A stretch of DNA of 64,000 bases from Eledone cirrhosa (GCA_964016885.1 OZ024740.1:353648001-353712000); one strand, 5' to 3'; positions 13,658-28,912 are shown, numbered from the stretch's first letter. Notes: a model not told the origin generated them from the sequence alone. Translations and numbers: made by a program.

Positions 13658-13940
13658 AGGGCGGGTAAAATTCCCGAGATCCGTGGACGAGTTCTCTCCA
13701 GCGGTCTCTGTCCCTCATCATCACTGCCATGTCCTGCATCTTCAAGAGACCAGTGTCTCTCCTTAGGGCATCAACATATGTTAACCTCGGTCTTCCTCTT
13801 CCAGTGTGTCCATAGTTCTGGTGACAAACACGGTGAAGGAGGCAGAGGATTTGATGCAGGAGGTGGAGACTGTGTCGATGAGTGTGGGGCTGAGAATGAA
13901 TGAGATTAAGACGAAGTATCTGGTAGAGAATATTAAGAAG
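13657..13940. mobile_element. Rearranged RTE-like remnants (shared with 20339-20555)
   Basis: gcgggtaaaattcccgagatcc.tggacgag...ggtcttcctctt is repeated at 20342-20495, joined in each case to an RT-like fragment (e.g. VDGCYTRML). Confidence 0.45.
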
Positions 13941-14056
13941 TCATAGAAGATTACAAATGTAGGCGGAAGCCACTAGGATTGTTTGACTACTTCCTGTATT
14001 TGGGAGCAAAGATTGGGAATACGGAGCAAAGATTGGGAATACGGATATATGTATAT

Positions 14057-14412
14057 TAAGGTGGCCCTTAGCAATAGGTAATTTTCCGAAAGTTAAAATT
14101 TTGCTGCTCCCACAGCGAAATATAGGTGTTTGCCCTATCACTGCGTTCTGTCCCCAGCTTTGTAAGTTGCCTTCCCCATTATATTTATTGTCACTTTTCC
14201 TTCTAATAAGTCTGAACAAGTTTTTAATTTAAGAGAAAATTATATAAGAGATAAAACATTTTTTCTGAAAAATTTTCACGGTCGATGAGGGTCGCCTTGC
14301 AGTTGTCCGCTTGAGCTAAAGTTTTGCATGAATTAGTCTTTTGTTAATTCAAACATGATAGGGGGGGGGGGGGGCTAAACTTTTAGAAAGTTGAAAAATA
14401 AGAGCCATCCTA
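14057..14412. mobile_element. MITE, hAT-like
   Basis: Imperfect TIRs TAAGGTGGCCCT / AGAGCCATCCTA; flanking 8-mers ATGTATAT / ATGTATAA (7 of 8 match, TSD-like). Confidence 0.6.
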
Positions 14413-14804
14413 ATGTATAATATATGTGTATGTGTGTGCTTGGTTAGCTATGTGTATGTTTTTATTTATCGTTTTAGCTATATTTCAAAAACATAACTTA
14501 GAGAGAGAGAGATCGACATTATAAACTAAAATCTTTAAAGGTGCTGCCCAACCATGGCTACAACCCAATAACGATAGACCGTAAAAGAGTAAAAAATATA
14601 TAAATCTTTAATTTGAGTCTGTTTGAGCTTCCCACCTTGTAATAACTCTCTGCTATCCCTGATTATAGAATTGTTTCCACAACCTTACTGACAACCTTAC
14701 TCACAAGTCAAAAGGGAGCTAATCAGTTATAGACACTGCTTCCTCCCCTCCTCCTCCTCCTCCTCCTGTCAACAAATATAAATAAAATATTCAGAGATTC
14801 TAAC

Positions 14805-15152
14805 CTTTAAGCATATGATTGCATCATACATCGTCTCCATACTGCCGATGGTCGAATATCTTTCATCGCCGACAAAAAAGATCTTTGCTACAAATATGAT
14901 AAGCAACACGAAAACCAGACAGGCATTAAAATAGGATACATAGAAGGTAGTGCCTAGTCCTCCGATGAGAGAATATGAACCAAACAGGGTGGCCATGATG
15001 ATTACTGAAAACTCGTCTGAAGCATCCTTTGTCAGAGATTTGATTGTTGCTTGACCAGCCAGGATGACACCAATTGTGATGATGAGGTTTGTCATTAAGG
15101 CGAAAACACAAAACACTGCATGGGCAGTACGGCCATATCGGGCATACATTAG
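14805..15152 (-). CDS. DUR3: DUR3-like symporter exon
   Basis: ttgcAG|CTA ATG...AAG|GTtaga; 348 nt encoding LMYARYGRTAHAVFCVFALMTN...YSLIGGLGTTFYVSYFN...AIICLK (SSF 'RYG' and 'GGL' motifs). Confidence 0.92.
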
Positions 15153-15518
15153 CTGCAATAGAAAAAGGATATGAAAAATATGTGCATGTATAAATATCAG
15201 TAAGGCATGCATTCATACATCATATATATATCATACATCATATAAATACAGATATAAATATATATAGACTATATATATATATTTATATCTGTATTGTTAA
15301 CGTTGGTCAATCAATGATAAACATTGATTGCCAAATAAATTAACTATGGAGATATAAAAGATACAGAAGCGAAAACCAACCAAACAGTGAGTGTCTTCTG
15401 TTATTATTTCTGGCAATATTATTACAACAATATCACCCTCACCTAGTATAACAATATTTGTTTCGACACACGATTTCATATAAAAAACCTTGCAAAACAA
15501 ATATATATATATATATAT

Positions 15519-15708
15519 AACGAAGGGAATGTGGTAAGGAACCAGGTGGACCATAACGCACCAAAGTACTCCATACTTAGGGTAGTAGAGTGGGTAATAG
15601 GAACGAGTAGGACCCTGACGGCTGAGCTCAAGCCGTTTCGACGGCTAATTCCAGAATTAGCCGTCGAAACGGCTTGAGCTCAGCCGTCGGGGTCCTACTC
15701 GTTCCTAT
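15519..15708 (+). mobile_element. Small TA-flanked element ending in a 55-bp-arm hairpin (family with 19991-20160 and 46968-47075)
   Basis: Shared body acgaagg.aatgtggtaaggaaccaggtggaccataacgcaccaaagtactc...; hairpin 15597-15708. Confidence 0.7.
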
Positions 15709-16373
15709 ATATATATATATATATATATGAAAACAGAGAGAAAGAGACGATTATTAGGAAGAAAAATATTTTTTTTCCCCTATTTTTTGGTTTCTCTCTC
15801 TCTTTTTTCTGGGTTAGAAAATGATTAAAACGAAATGTTTTACTTTGTGTGAAGTGTTAAGGTATTAGTTGATTTATTTATTATTTAACAATGGCATTTA
15901 TTTATCTATTTATATATTTAATAATTGTCTATTACCGGTTTCAGCATTTTTATGCATTATCAAATGATAGTGAAATGTATTAGTGTGGTGTCACACATGT
16001 TAAAGAGAAGGTGCAGAAAGAATAATGTTATTTACAAACAAGGTTTATGAAGTGAAAAGAAAAAAGAAAAAAGAAAAAAGAAAAAAGAAAAAAGAAAAAA
16101 GAAAAAAGAAAAAAGAAAAAAAACGGACATAATGTAGAGCATAAAAAGTCAATGTGGAAGAAAAAATAATGTTATTTACAGACATAGTTCTTGAAGTTAA
16201 GCAGATCAAAATGTGTTAATATAGCAGGAGTGCTTAGTTGATCCATGATTCCATGATGAAGGCAAATGGTTTTGAAAACCATAAGTACTGTGAAACCGGT
16301 AAAGAAAGGAAATAAATAAATTTTCTTAAAAAGACACTAGTTGCATTTTCAATTTCTTTTCCTTATACTTTCA

Positions 16374-16411
<38 letters not shown>

Positions 16412-16491
16412 AATCTTAGACGGGAACAAAAACTGAGGCAGTACAAATATGAGTTTATTAGGTTCACGCTTTTGAGAGTGGGGTGGTGGTG

Positions 16492-16535
<44 letters not shown>

Positions 16536-16692
16536 CGCGTGTGTGTGTATATATAGATATAGATATAAGAAAATGAGGTTTTTCTTAATATAAAAAGAAC
16601 GAGATGTCCTACACGGGTATAATGAAACAAACAAAACAGAGGCAATTTTTACACGGTTATATTGGGTTCACACTGGGTGGAAGTAGAGGAGG

Positions 16693-16728
16693 TTTCGACG
16701 TTTCGGACAGAAGTCCTTCTTCAGGAAA
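16693..16728 (-). ncRNA. Minimal type I hammerhead ribozyme motif
   Basis: UUUC-CUGAAGA-a-GGAC-uucu-GUCC-GAAA-CG-UC-GAAA: stem I UUUC/GAAA, stem II GGAC/GUCC, vestigial CG stem III, as in Penelope-type minimal hammerheads. Confidence 0.7.
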
Positions 16729-18258
16729 GTTCGGATAACACGTAAGAAAAATATCCATCTGTCTCTTCGACTGTTGATTGGGTGATTCCTAATTTGTCGG
16801 CTCTTGCTGTGCAATCAACACCCGAAGAGTCAGATGGATATAAAGTGTGGCTGGTAACTATCAATTTGATTTTGAAAGGGCAATTACATGACTCATAGAC
16901 AACGAGATGAAATCACAGAACAACAACAACAAAAACCATTTACCTGGCTTCATATTGGAATGACTAGAAAGATAATCGATTATCTATGTCGTAAATATAA
17001 CTATTAAGATATTAACTTTCCAACGTTAAATCATTGCTTTGGAATTTTTTGAGAGGGATTTATCAGGACTATAAGTGAAATTAAGTGTTCTATGATTTGT
17101 TGCTACAGTACCTAATTACTTTGTGCAAACGTTTAACATACCAATGGATGATTAAAGTTTTTACGACAGTTTGTGAATAACCATGTTCTGAATTTGACAA
17201 ACGTCTTGAGATCCATATAGCAGGAGGACCATCTTGTTCTAACACTGCATCAATCCAAGATGTGAAATATCAGTAATAAATGTTGATTTCTTTTGTACAG
17301 AGAACAGCACCAGTCGAAAGAAAGTACACTAGATATTGAAGTGAATCCTCATGAATAGGATTGAGATTGTAATTTTAAAATCAAATCAGCTGCTGTAACA
17401 AAATTTGGAATGGATTATGTATTGCATCAAGCATGAAATGTAAGTTGCCAAAGTCAGCGTGAGATAGAGAATTTATTACATTTCCGAGTTCATCGTTATC
17501 CAGTTTGATGCCATTAGAAATGACAACATAATCCAGGCAAAAACAAGAATTGACACTAGAAAGCATTAATTTTGATATTGCATTTGACCAGTAGTTGTAG
17601 CAATTGCAGCAAAACATTTATCGTGGGGTGACTTATTAATTGCACAAACAATTGCATTGTTACAATAAACAACCGCATCAGCTAATTTACCAACAGTGAA
17701 ATCATTAACAGATTGGAATATTGTAAATTAAGCAGATTATCCGAAACAAGCCAAAAGGCGTATTGGGAATGGTCAATAAACTACATTTTTCGTAAACTGG
17801 AATTTGTAAAAAAGCATTTTGAGATAGATTTTCAAGAAGTATGTGGAATTATTATTTCCGTGTAAAATATCTTCTGGTTCCTCAGTGGTAGAACTACATT
17901 TAAGCAAATGCTTATTCAATGTTGTACGGACATCACCACTAATCTGCGGAGCAACACCAGAACATATTAAAGGCATGACAATAGAAGTTGCTTATTTCTA
18001 AAATTCAACAGATATTATAATTCCCCCCTCTACTATGTGATCGAGATCTTGGTTTGTAAAAACACCAAACTCCTATGAGGCAAGTTACTTGTTGATACTT
18101 CAATATTTCGGAGTCAGTAAGTAACTGATGATGAAGAAATAAGAGTTCCTAGAATTTCGGCTTACAAGGGTTTCACACGAATATTGTAATATAATTTAAT
18201 CAAAGCTATAAATGTAATATAATATAATATAACATAATATGATTATATATATATATAG

Positions 18259-18303
<45 letters not shown>

Positions 18304-18401
18304 AGAAAAAAAAGAGAATCAGTGATATCATACTCTGCTCTATGAGAGCATCGAGTGCTCAAACAGCCAACAGCATACGGACGCTTTAAGCATCCAGCAC
18401 C

Positions 18402-18442
<41 letters not shown>

Positions 18443-18837
18443 GATTACAAATGATTTCCCGGTGGGGAACGGAAAGATACCACAGTTAAATGTTAAATAA
18501 GGTACTAAATAGATTAATAGAGAAGAGACATATTTATTCCTTATAGAAAAGGCTTCTACAGGACTAGAACTGTTTCATTCATTTGAAATCAGGCGTGTCA
18601 GATGAAGTTGATCAGGTTCGTTGTTTATAGACATCTTTTGGGTAGAGAAACAAAGGAAATCTGAAGAAGATGAGGAAGAGGAGGAGGAGAGGAAAGAAGA
18701 AGAAGAAGAAGAAGAAGAAGAAGAAAAAGAAGCAGCAGCAGATGTATGAGTAAAAAATTGAAATGATACCGTTCGACACATTCGTATATATATTTATACA
18801 AACATGAATACATATTTCAAAAAAATCACACACACTC

Positions 18838-19119
18838 ATATATACATATATATATATACATATATATACACATATATATATACATATATATACACATATA
18901 TATATACACACATATATATACACATATATATATACACATATATATATATACATATATATATACATATATATATATACATATATATATACATATATATATA
19001 CATATATATATATACATATATATATATATACATATATATATATACATATATATATATACATATATATATATACATATATATATACATATATATACATATA
19101 TATATATACATATATATAC

Positions 19120-19151
<32 letters not shown>

Positions 19152-19399
19152 ACATATATATATATACATATATATACATATATATATATATACATATACG
19201 TATATATATATATACATATACGTATGTATATATATACATATACGTATATATATACATATACGTATATATATACATGTATATATATGTATATATATGTATA
19301 TATATATATGTACATATATATATTTACATATATATATACATATATATATACATATATATACATATATATATATATTTACATTTATATATACATATATAC

Positions 19400-19433
<34 letters not shown>
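18838..19433. repeat. (TA)n/(TACA)n microsatellite
   Basis: Directly visible. Confidence 0.95.
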
Positions 19434-19434
<1 letters not shown>

Positions 19435-19758
19435 AAATATGTAGTTTAGAAAGCCACAACAATGCAGATGGGAATTCTCGAGGTAGGAAGTGAGTGAGAA
19501 ATAGGAGAAAAGTGAAAATTGAGAGAAACGGAAATGAAAACAAAACAAAAGTAGAAGGGTTACCGTAGTGGAGATTTAATCCCAATATTTCGTGAGCCCG
19601 AAATATTGGGATTAAATCTCCACTACGGTAACCCTTTTACCTTTGTTTTGTTTTCATTTCCGTTTCTCTCAATTTTCACTTTTCTCCTATTTCTCACTCA
19701 CTTCCTACCTCGAGATTTCCCATCTGCATTGTTGTGGCTTTCTAAACTACATATTTTA
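19433..19758. repeat. Foldback palindrome, 160-bp arms, 6-nt loop
   Basis: Arms are reverse complements with about 3 mismatches; loop TGAGCC at 19593-19598. Confidence 0.95.
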
Positions 19759-19879
19759 CACATTTCACAATGCTTCAAGCAAACTTTAACACCCTCTTAT
19801 ATATATATATATACACACACACATATATATATACATATATATATATATATATTTACATTTATATATACATATATATATA

Positions 19880-19932
<53 letters not shown>

Positions 19933-20163
19933 TATATATATACATATTATATATATACAAATATATATACAAATATATATATATGCATATATAGGAAAAG
20001 GTATGACCCCGACGGCAGAGCTCAAGCCGTTTCGACGAAACGGCTTGAGCTTTCCCGTCGGGGTTATACTTTTTCCTATTTCCCACTCTACTGCCCTAAG
20101 TATTGAGTACTCTAGTGCGTTATGGTCCATTTGGTTCCTTACCACAATTCCTTTGTTATATAC

Positions 20164-20224
<61 letters not shown>

Positions 20225-20551
20225 TAGATATATATATACATATATAAATGAAAGTATAGAAATTGTTGTGAGCGTGAAGCCAACAGTATTTCATAATATA
20301 TACACACATATATATATATATCTATCTATCTATCTATCTAAGGCGGGTAAAATTCCCGAGATCCATGGACGAGTTCTCTCCAGTGGTCTCTGTCCCTCAT
20401 TATCGCTGCCATATCCTGCATCTCCAACAGACCAGTGTCTGTCCTTAGGGCATCAACATATGTTAACCTTGGTCTTCCTCTTCTAGTGTGTCCATGTAGG
20501 GGCTCCCAAAGGAGATATCACCAGATGGTGGATGGGTGCTACACGAGAATG

Positions 20552-20659
<108 letters not shown>

Positions 20660-20720
20660 CATATATATTATAATAAAATAACAGGAGGCTGGACTTGTGT
20701 AAATCCTTGAAAGGTTTATT

Positions 20721-20778
20721 ATACTATGATCATTTCAATGACCGGGTTCCGTATGAATCCGGTGATATCATCAGGTAT
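20721..20778 (-). ncRNA. Hammerhead motif in left inverted repeat
   Basis: AUAC-CUGAUGA-uaucACCGG...CCGGUcauu-GAAA-UGAUCA-UA-GUAU; stem I AUAC/GUAU, palindromic stem III, AUA triplet; base of stem II imperfect. Confidence 0.6.
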
Positions 20779-21344
20779 TCGAAATATAATAAATGAATGT
20801 AACAGATAAAATCCATGGGGCTGAAAATCATAGACCCGAGGACGACCGACCATCTAGCATCTTCCACTTTACCCGGTCGCCCTAATTCTTTAAATAAATC
20901 TCGCAACCCAAACCATAACTTATGGTTTGGGTTGCGAGATTTAGTTAAAGAATTTACAGAGAGTCTTTTATGAAAAAATGTTAAGTGTATTATAGAGATC
21001 CTCGATAAGTTTTCAGGGTGGGATATAGAGTAAAGATTAAGTCCTTGTTTAGCACTCAAACAGCACGCGACGACTGCAGACTCCGGCCAGCCCATCCTAA
21101 CCACGTATCAGCCATTCCAAGTGAAACCGTCTAGCGAAAGATATGGAAATCAATTTTTCCGAGCACTCGAGGAATGTAACTGTTCTAGGCTTCGGGTGTG
21201 CTAGTGGGAAGTCAGCCATTGTCGTTAGGCCATCGTTATACCAAACGAGTACTATTAATTTACACAGGAGGGGGATTTGTTTAAGTGCCAGAGAGGCATG
21301 ATACAGCTAATAGTTATGATTAAGCCTAGAATTTAAAGGTACTG

Positions 21345-21462
21345 AAGGCGTGTGGCTGAGTGGTTAGAGAATTGGATTCGCAATCGTAAGGTTGTGAGTT
21401 CGATTCCTGGACAGGGCGATGCGTTATGTCCTTGAGCAAGACACTTTATTTCACGTTGCTCC
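21345..21462 (+). mobile_element. tRNA-derived SINE family B (core gtccttgagcaagacacttta)
   Basis: A box gtggctgagtggtta, B box gagttcgattcc; related copies at 22985-23064 (-) and 32917-33050 (+). Confidence 0.75.
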
Positions 21463-22274
21463 TTCTACCTGGAGTTGCGACCGATAGATAGTATTAGCAA
21501 TTGGAAAGACCAACGGAAACATTGTTCCCTCGGTCCGATTTGACGAAAGTCGATCGTTCCTGATATGGCGGTCAAAAACGGCGGCGCGGCGGCCCCGGGG
21601 CGAAGCAATCGGCTCCGAGTAATTTCATTTACAGAAAGAAGGGGAAATTAATTTTTCTAAGCACTCAAGGGAGGCTTGTGCACCAGAGCACCGGGCGCGC
21701 AGCCAGGAAGACCACCACACCAGTCGGATCATCGCGTGTAATCAATTATAAAACCGGATGAAAAGTTTAAATAGACTATATCTAGGTCCCCAGATAGTCC
21801 GGGTTATAAGTGTTGTGGTTCTCAGTGGGAGATATTCTAGTGTCGTCTGCTAATGAGTACAGCGAGTAAAAACATAAATAAAAGGAACAGTAGGCAAAAA
21901 ACAAAGAATACATAGATAAATAAAAGCAGAATACGAAGATAAAAACACATTAATAAAGTAAAACGGTAGAAATATATAAATAAATAAATAAATGAAGAAA
22001 TACATAAAAAATAAATAAAACGCCGCCATAGCTAGGGTGGTGGTGGAATAAAACAGAAGTATATAAGAACATATCGGAGAAATCAAAACACAGGGGAAAT
22101 ACAATATAGATCAAGTTGCAGTTAGATAATGCAAATAGATATAGAGGATGGAAGAGATGGAAGCAGCGTGTGTTCGAGCCTCCGAATTCAGTGTAAATTA
22201 CAAAGGCCCTGAAGTATAGGGTAGAGAATTCAGTCAATGGATTTTATCTGTTACATTCAATTATTATATTTCGA

Positions 22275-22332
22275 ACACCTGATGATATCACCGGATTCAT
22301 ACGGAACTCGGTCATTGAAATGATCATAGTAT
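22275..22332 (+). ncRNA. Hammerhead motif in right inverted repeat
   Basis: ACAC-CUGAUGA...GAAA-UGAUCA-UA-GUAU; reverse-complement copy of 20721-20778 with a few substitutions. Confidence 0.55.
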
Positions 22333-22530
22333 AATAAACCTTTCAAGGATTTACACAAGTCCAGCCTCCTGTTATTTTATTATAATATTTAACTCCGTAC
22401 TCGCACCACCAACTACACAAACGAAGACGGTTGAGCTGCTTTACGTTGAGTACTCTCCATATTATTACATCAAGATTGACCATATGGAATGACCAGCTCT
22501 ATCCAGTGGTGAACCTTCAAACCTAAATAA

Positions 22531-22653
<123 letters not shown>

Positions 22654-23101
22654 AAATAAAGTTAAATAAAAAGTCAAATGTTTAAAATTTAGCTTCGTTT
22701 ATTACTGCTATATATATTTCAGTGACAGCCATCTTTGGCTGTGACCTCTTCAGGCAGTCCGAATTAGTGTGGTATAGACAAGTACATATGTTGTTTAGGT
22801 GTATAACTTTGTCAATACTCTGATATGTCCAGTTCTTGGTTAGGTTGTTATTTCTCTGAGGAACTGGAATCATATATATATATATATAAAGGAACGATCG
22901 ACTTTCGTCAAATCGGACCGAGGGAACAATGTTTCCGTTGGTCTTTCCAATTGCTAATACTATCTATCGGTCGCAATTCCAAGTAGAAGGAGCAACGTGA
23001 AATAAAGTGTCTTGCTCAAGGACATAACGCATCGCCTGGTCCAGGAATCGAACTCACAACCTTATCGTTCCTGGGTCTTTAGCCCTAGGAACGGAAAATG
23101 C

Positions 23102-23180
23102 TTCTCTGATGAACTTTGATTTTCCATTAGAAGTCCATTGGATTTCTGGTGCTTTACAAAGCGAAACCGATCGGTCAGGG
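23102..23180 (+). ncRNA. Type I hammerhead ribozyme motif
   Basis: UUCU-CUGAUGA-(a)CUUUG...CAAAG(c)-GAAA-CCGAUCGG-UC-AGGG: complete core, GUC triplet, palindromic stem III, stem I UUCU/AGGG. Confidence 0.75.
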
Positions 23181-23264
23181 CCAAAAGAATAGGTAAATAT
23201 TTAAATTATATTTTTTAATTTATTAAAAAAAATTGGTTGAATTTTGCTTGTTCTGCTTATCTTA

Positions 23265-24323
<1,059 letters not shown>

Positions 24324-25621
24324 GGTGGCTGCCAACTCGTTTTCGAGTACGGCCACTACTTTATATCCATGTAGGAGAACCCCTACCGATGCGCTGAACG
24401 AGTGTGACTTTTTAGTCCAGCCAGCGACTTGAAAACTCTGGTACAAACACTACACTTGTGACAATTACTGACACATAGTGCAGGGCCCATGGTACCATGT
24501 GACGACAAGTGCAGAGAGATCTCCAGATATAAAGCAATGCCTGTGCCGTGAAGCTTTTATAGTGAGCAAAGGCACTGCACAAAGCCAGTCCCACTCTCTT
24601 AACCAAGATGATATTTACCAAAAAGAAGAACAAGTCAACATCATTGGATACCATCAGGGTTGCAGGTGTTATATCAGAGTTTTCCTTCTCCTAGAATTCT
24701 GCCTTGACAAAGGCTAAGGGGTCATCTCTCCCGGTGATTTTGGATGGCCATTGACTCTTAAGAGCTCCTTTGCCCTTTGACAGGTTTTGTTTTTAGTCCT
24801 GCAGGATGTCCAAAGTCACCCTCCTCACCAAGAAACCTTGGTGGGGTTGCCAGTTTAGTCGCCAACGACCCGACCATGGGACAGGTTGTACTGGGATACA
24901 TGTTACCAGTAGCACCAACTGGTGACCTGACATATATATATATACATAGATATATATACATAGATATATATACATATATATATATACATATATATATATA
25001 TGTACATATATATATACATATATATATATGAAAAAATGGGGAGAAGAATACTGCAGGTTGCACATGGATAACATGTAATAAAATAAGTCCCTCATCAGTG
25101 ATTTGCCGACGATCATAGATATTTCATTGCATTAAAAATCATATACCTCACGTCGGTGCAATAATAACTAAATTAAGTTATTAGGACAATTAAAACGCGT
25201 AAAGCGAGTGAGACAAGATAACAAAGAGGAGAGCTAACCGTAGAAGGAAGGGAGCAAGCTTCATAGTTATTCTGTTAGCATAAGCTAGGTGAATATATGA
25301 GCGCTTAGAAAAAAGACCTTTCGGGAACGAATTCAAATGTGAGAAAGAGAGAAAATGTTTTCGTCGCGAACGGGGTGAAGTGAGAAGAGGAGAAACAGTG
25401 AGTGAGTGAGTGGAAGTGTGAGGAAGAGTTAACTGACATGACAGAGGGGGCGAAAGAAAGTAGGAGAAACAGAGAGAACGAGGGAGCAGTAAGAGAGAGA
25501 GAGAGAGAAAAAAACAGAATCGCAGTTTAGGTAAATATATGTGAAAAAATTGAGAGAAGAATACTGCAGGTTGCACATGGATAACATGTAATAAAATAAG
25601 TCCCTCATCAGTGACATAATT

Positions 25622-26606
<985 letters not shown>

Positions 26607-26639
26607 CTTTGAATAACTTTGAAATGTTTTGGCCAGTAT

Positions 26640-27654
<1,015 letters not shown>

Positions 27655-27820
27655 CTCAATACATTAACAGAGAAAGCTTTAAGCTTTACTCTGACTGGCT
27701 ACCAACTCACTCAACAAACATTAGGATATACCTTAGTATAATCCCAATTTTACGTTTGGGGTGCTAACTATATGTATTTTGCGGAAAGCCAGTAGTATTA
27801 TTTTATATGCGACATAATTA

Positions 27821-27895
<75 letters not shown>

Positions 27896-28021
27896 ATATA
27901 TATTTAAATTGAAAATGTACTTGTGATATTGGTCGCAAGGATATTCAATAATGGGAGTTTATTCAATGATTTACATGATTTATTCAATGATTGCATGATT
28001 TACAAATATTATTGATTTATT

Positions 28022-28215
28022 GAAGGCGGTGGATTGGCAGTATCGGTAGAGGGTCGGACGCCATGCTTTGACGCATAGAGTTACGGCTCGTGCCATTCTG
28101 AGTTCAAATCCCGCCGAGGTTAACTTTGCCTTTCATCCTTACGGGGTCGATAAAATAAAGTAGCAGTAATACACTGGGTAATTGCTGGCCTTGTGCCTAA
28201 CGTAGAAACAATTAT
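28022..28215 (+). mobile_element. SINE family A
   Basis: Full consensus starting aaggcggtggattggcag. Confidence 0.85.
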
Positions 28216-28912
28216 TGATTTATTAAAGTTATGAACCATTTGTCATTTAGTATTTTTTTTTAGTTTATTGGTCATGGCGTGATAAAATAAACTGCATAAA
28301 TTTATATCAACACACTAAAGAAAAAAAAATGACAGATGTTAGGTATTATTATTCTACCTTAATCCTAAATTATTTGGTTAATGTTTCCACATAGCTTTAA
28401 ACTATTCTATATTTCCAAATGAATTTCTTACAAAATTAAGCAATCAATCTATATATTAATTTGAACAACGTCAGTATTCCGTGTGTCATAATTCTCGATT
28501 ATCATTGGTTTCAAACGACTCCGCCCACCTCAACTACGCCAAACTTAAATTAATACGCATAATGCCAATGAGGGAGTGAGAGGGGAGAGTAAGAAACAGA
28601 GAGGCAAAGTGAACGCTGTAACTATTACCATGTGTGCGTGTGTATATTTATGTGTGTGTGCGTGCAGCGTTCCACAGAAAGAAAAAACTATCAACATGTG
28701 TGAGTGTGTAAGTGTGTGTAAGTGCACGGGTGCGTGTGTAAGTTTGCGTGCGTGTGCGCGTTTCCATGCGTGTATGTGTGTGTACGTGGGGCGTTCCACA
28801 ATCTGTCTGTCAGTCTAACATACACAGAGTTGTGAAGGGAGTAAATAGGGACCTTTTTTTTACATTGACGGACATCTTTTATATTTATATATTTATTATT
28901 GTGCCATTTTGA

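Larger units (their letters stand above)
20665..22388. mobile_element. Non-coding element bounded by ~150-bp inverted repeats carrying hammerhead motifs (Penelope-like pLTR arrangement)
   Basis: 20665-20816 is the near-perfect reverse complement of 22237-22388; the left end abuts (TA)n; no convincing internal ORF. Confidence 0.6.

Noticed and set aside
18335-18375. Hammerhead-like CUAUGA-GAGCA/UGCUC-AAA; also CUGAUCA...GAAA...GUC at about 18560-18616 (-) and CUGAUGA at 18125
   Set aside because: Core nucleotides or stems are mutated; at most dead relics, so not called as ribozymes.
28022-28115. tRNA gene suggested by A/B boxes
   Set aside because: Head of a multi-copy SINE; no complete cloverleaf.
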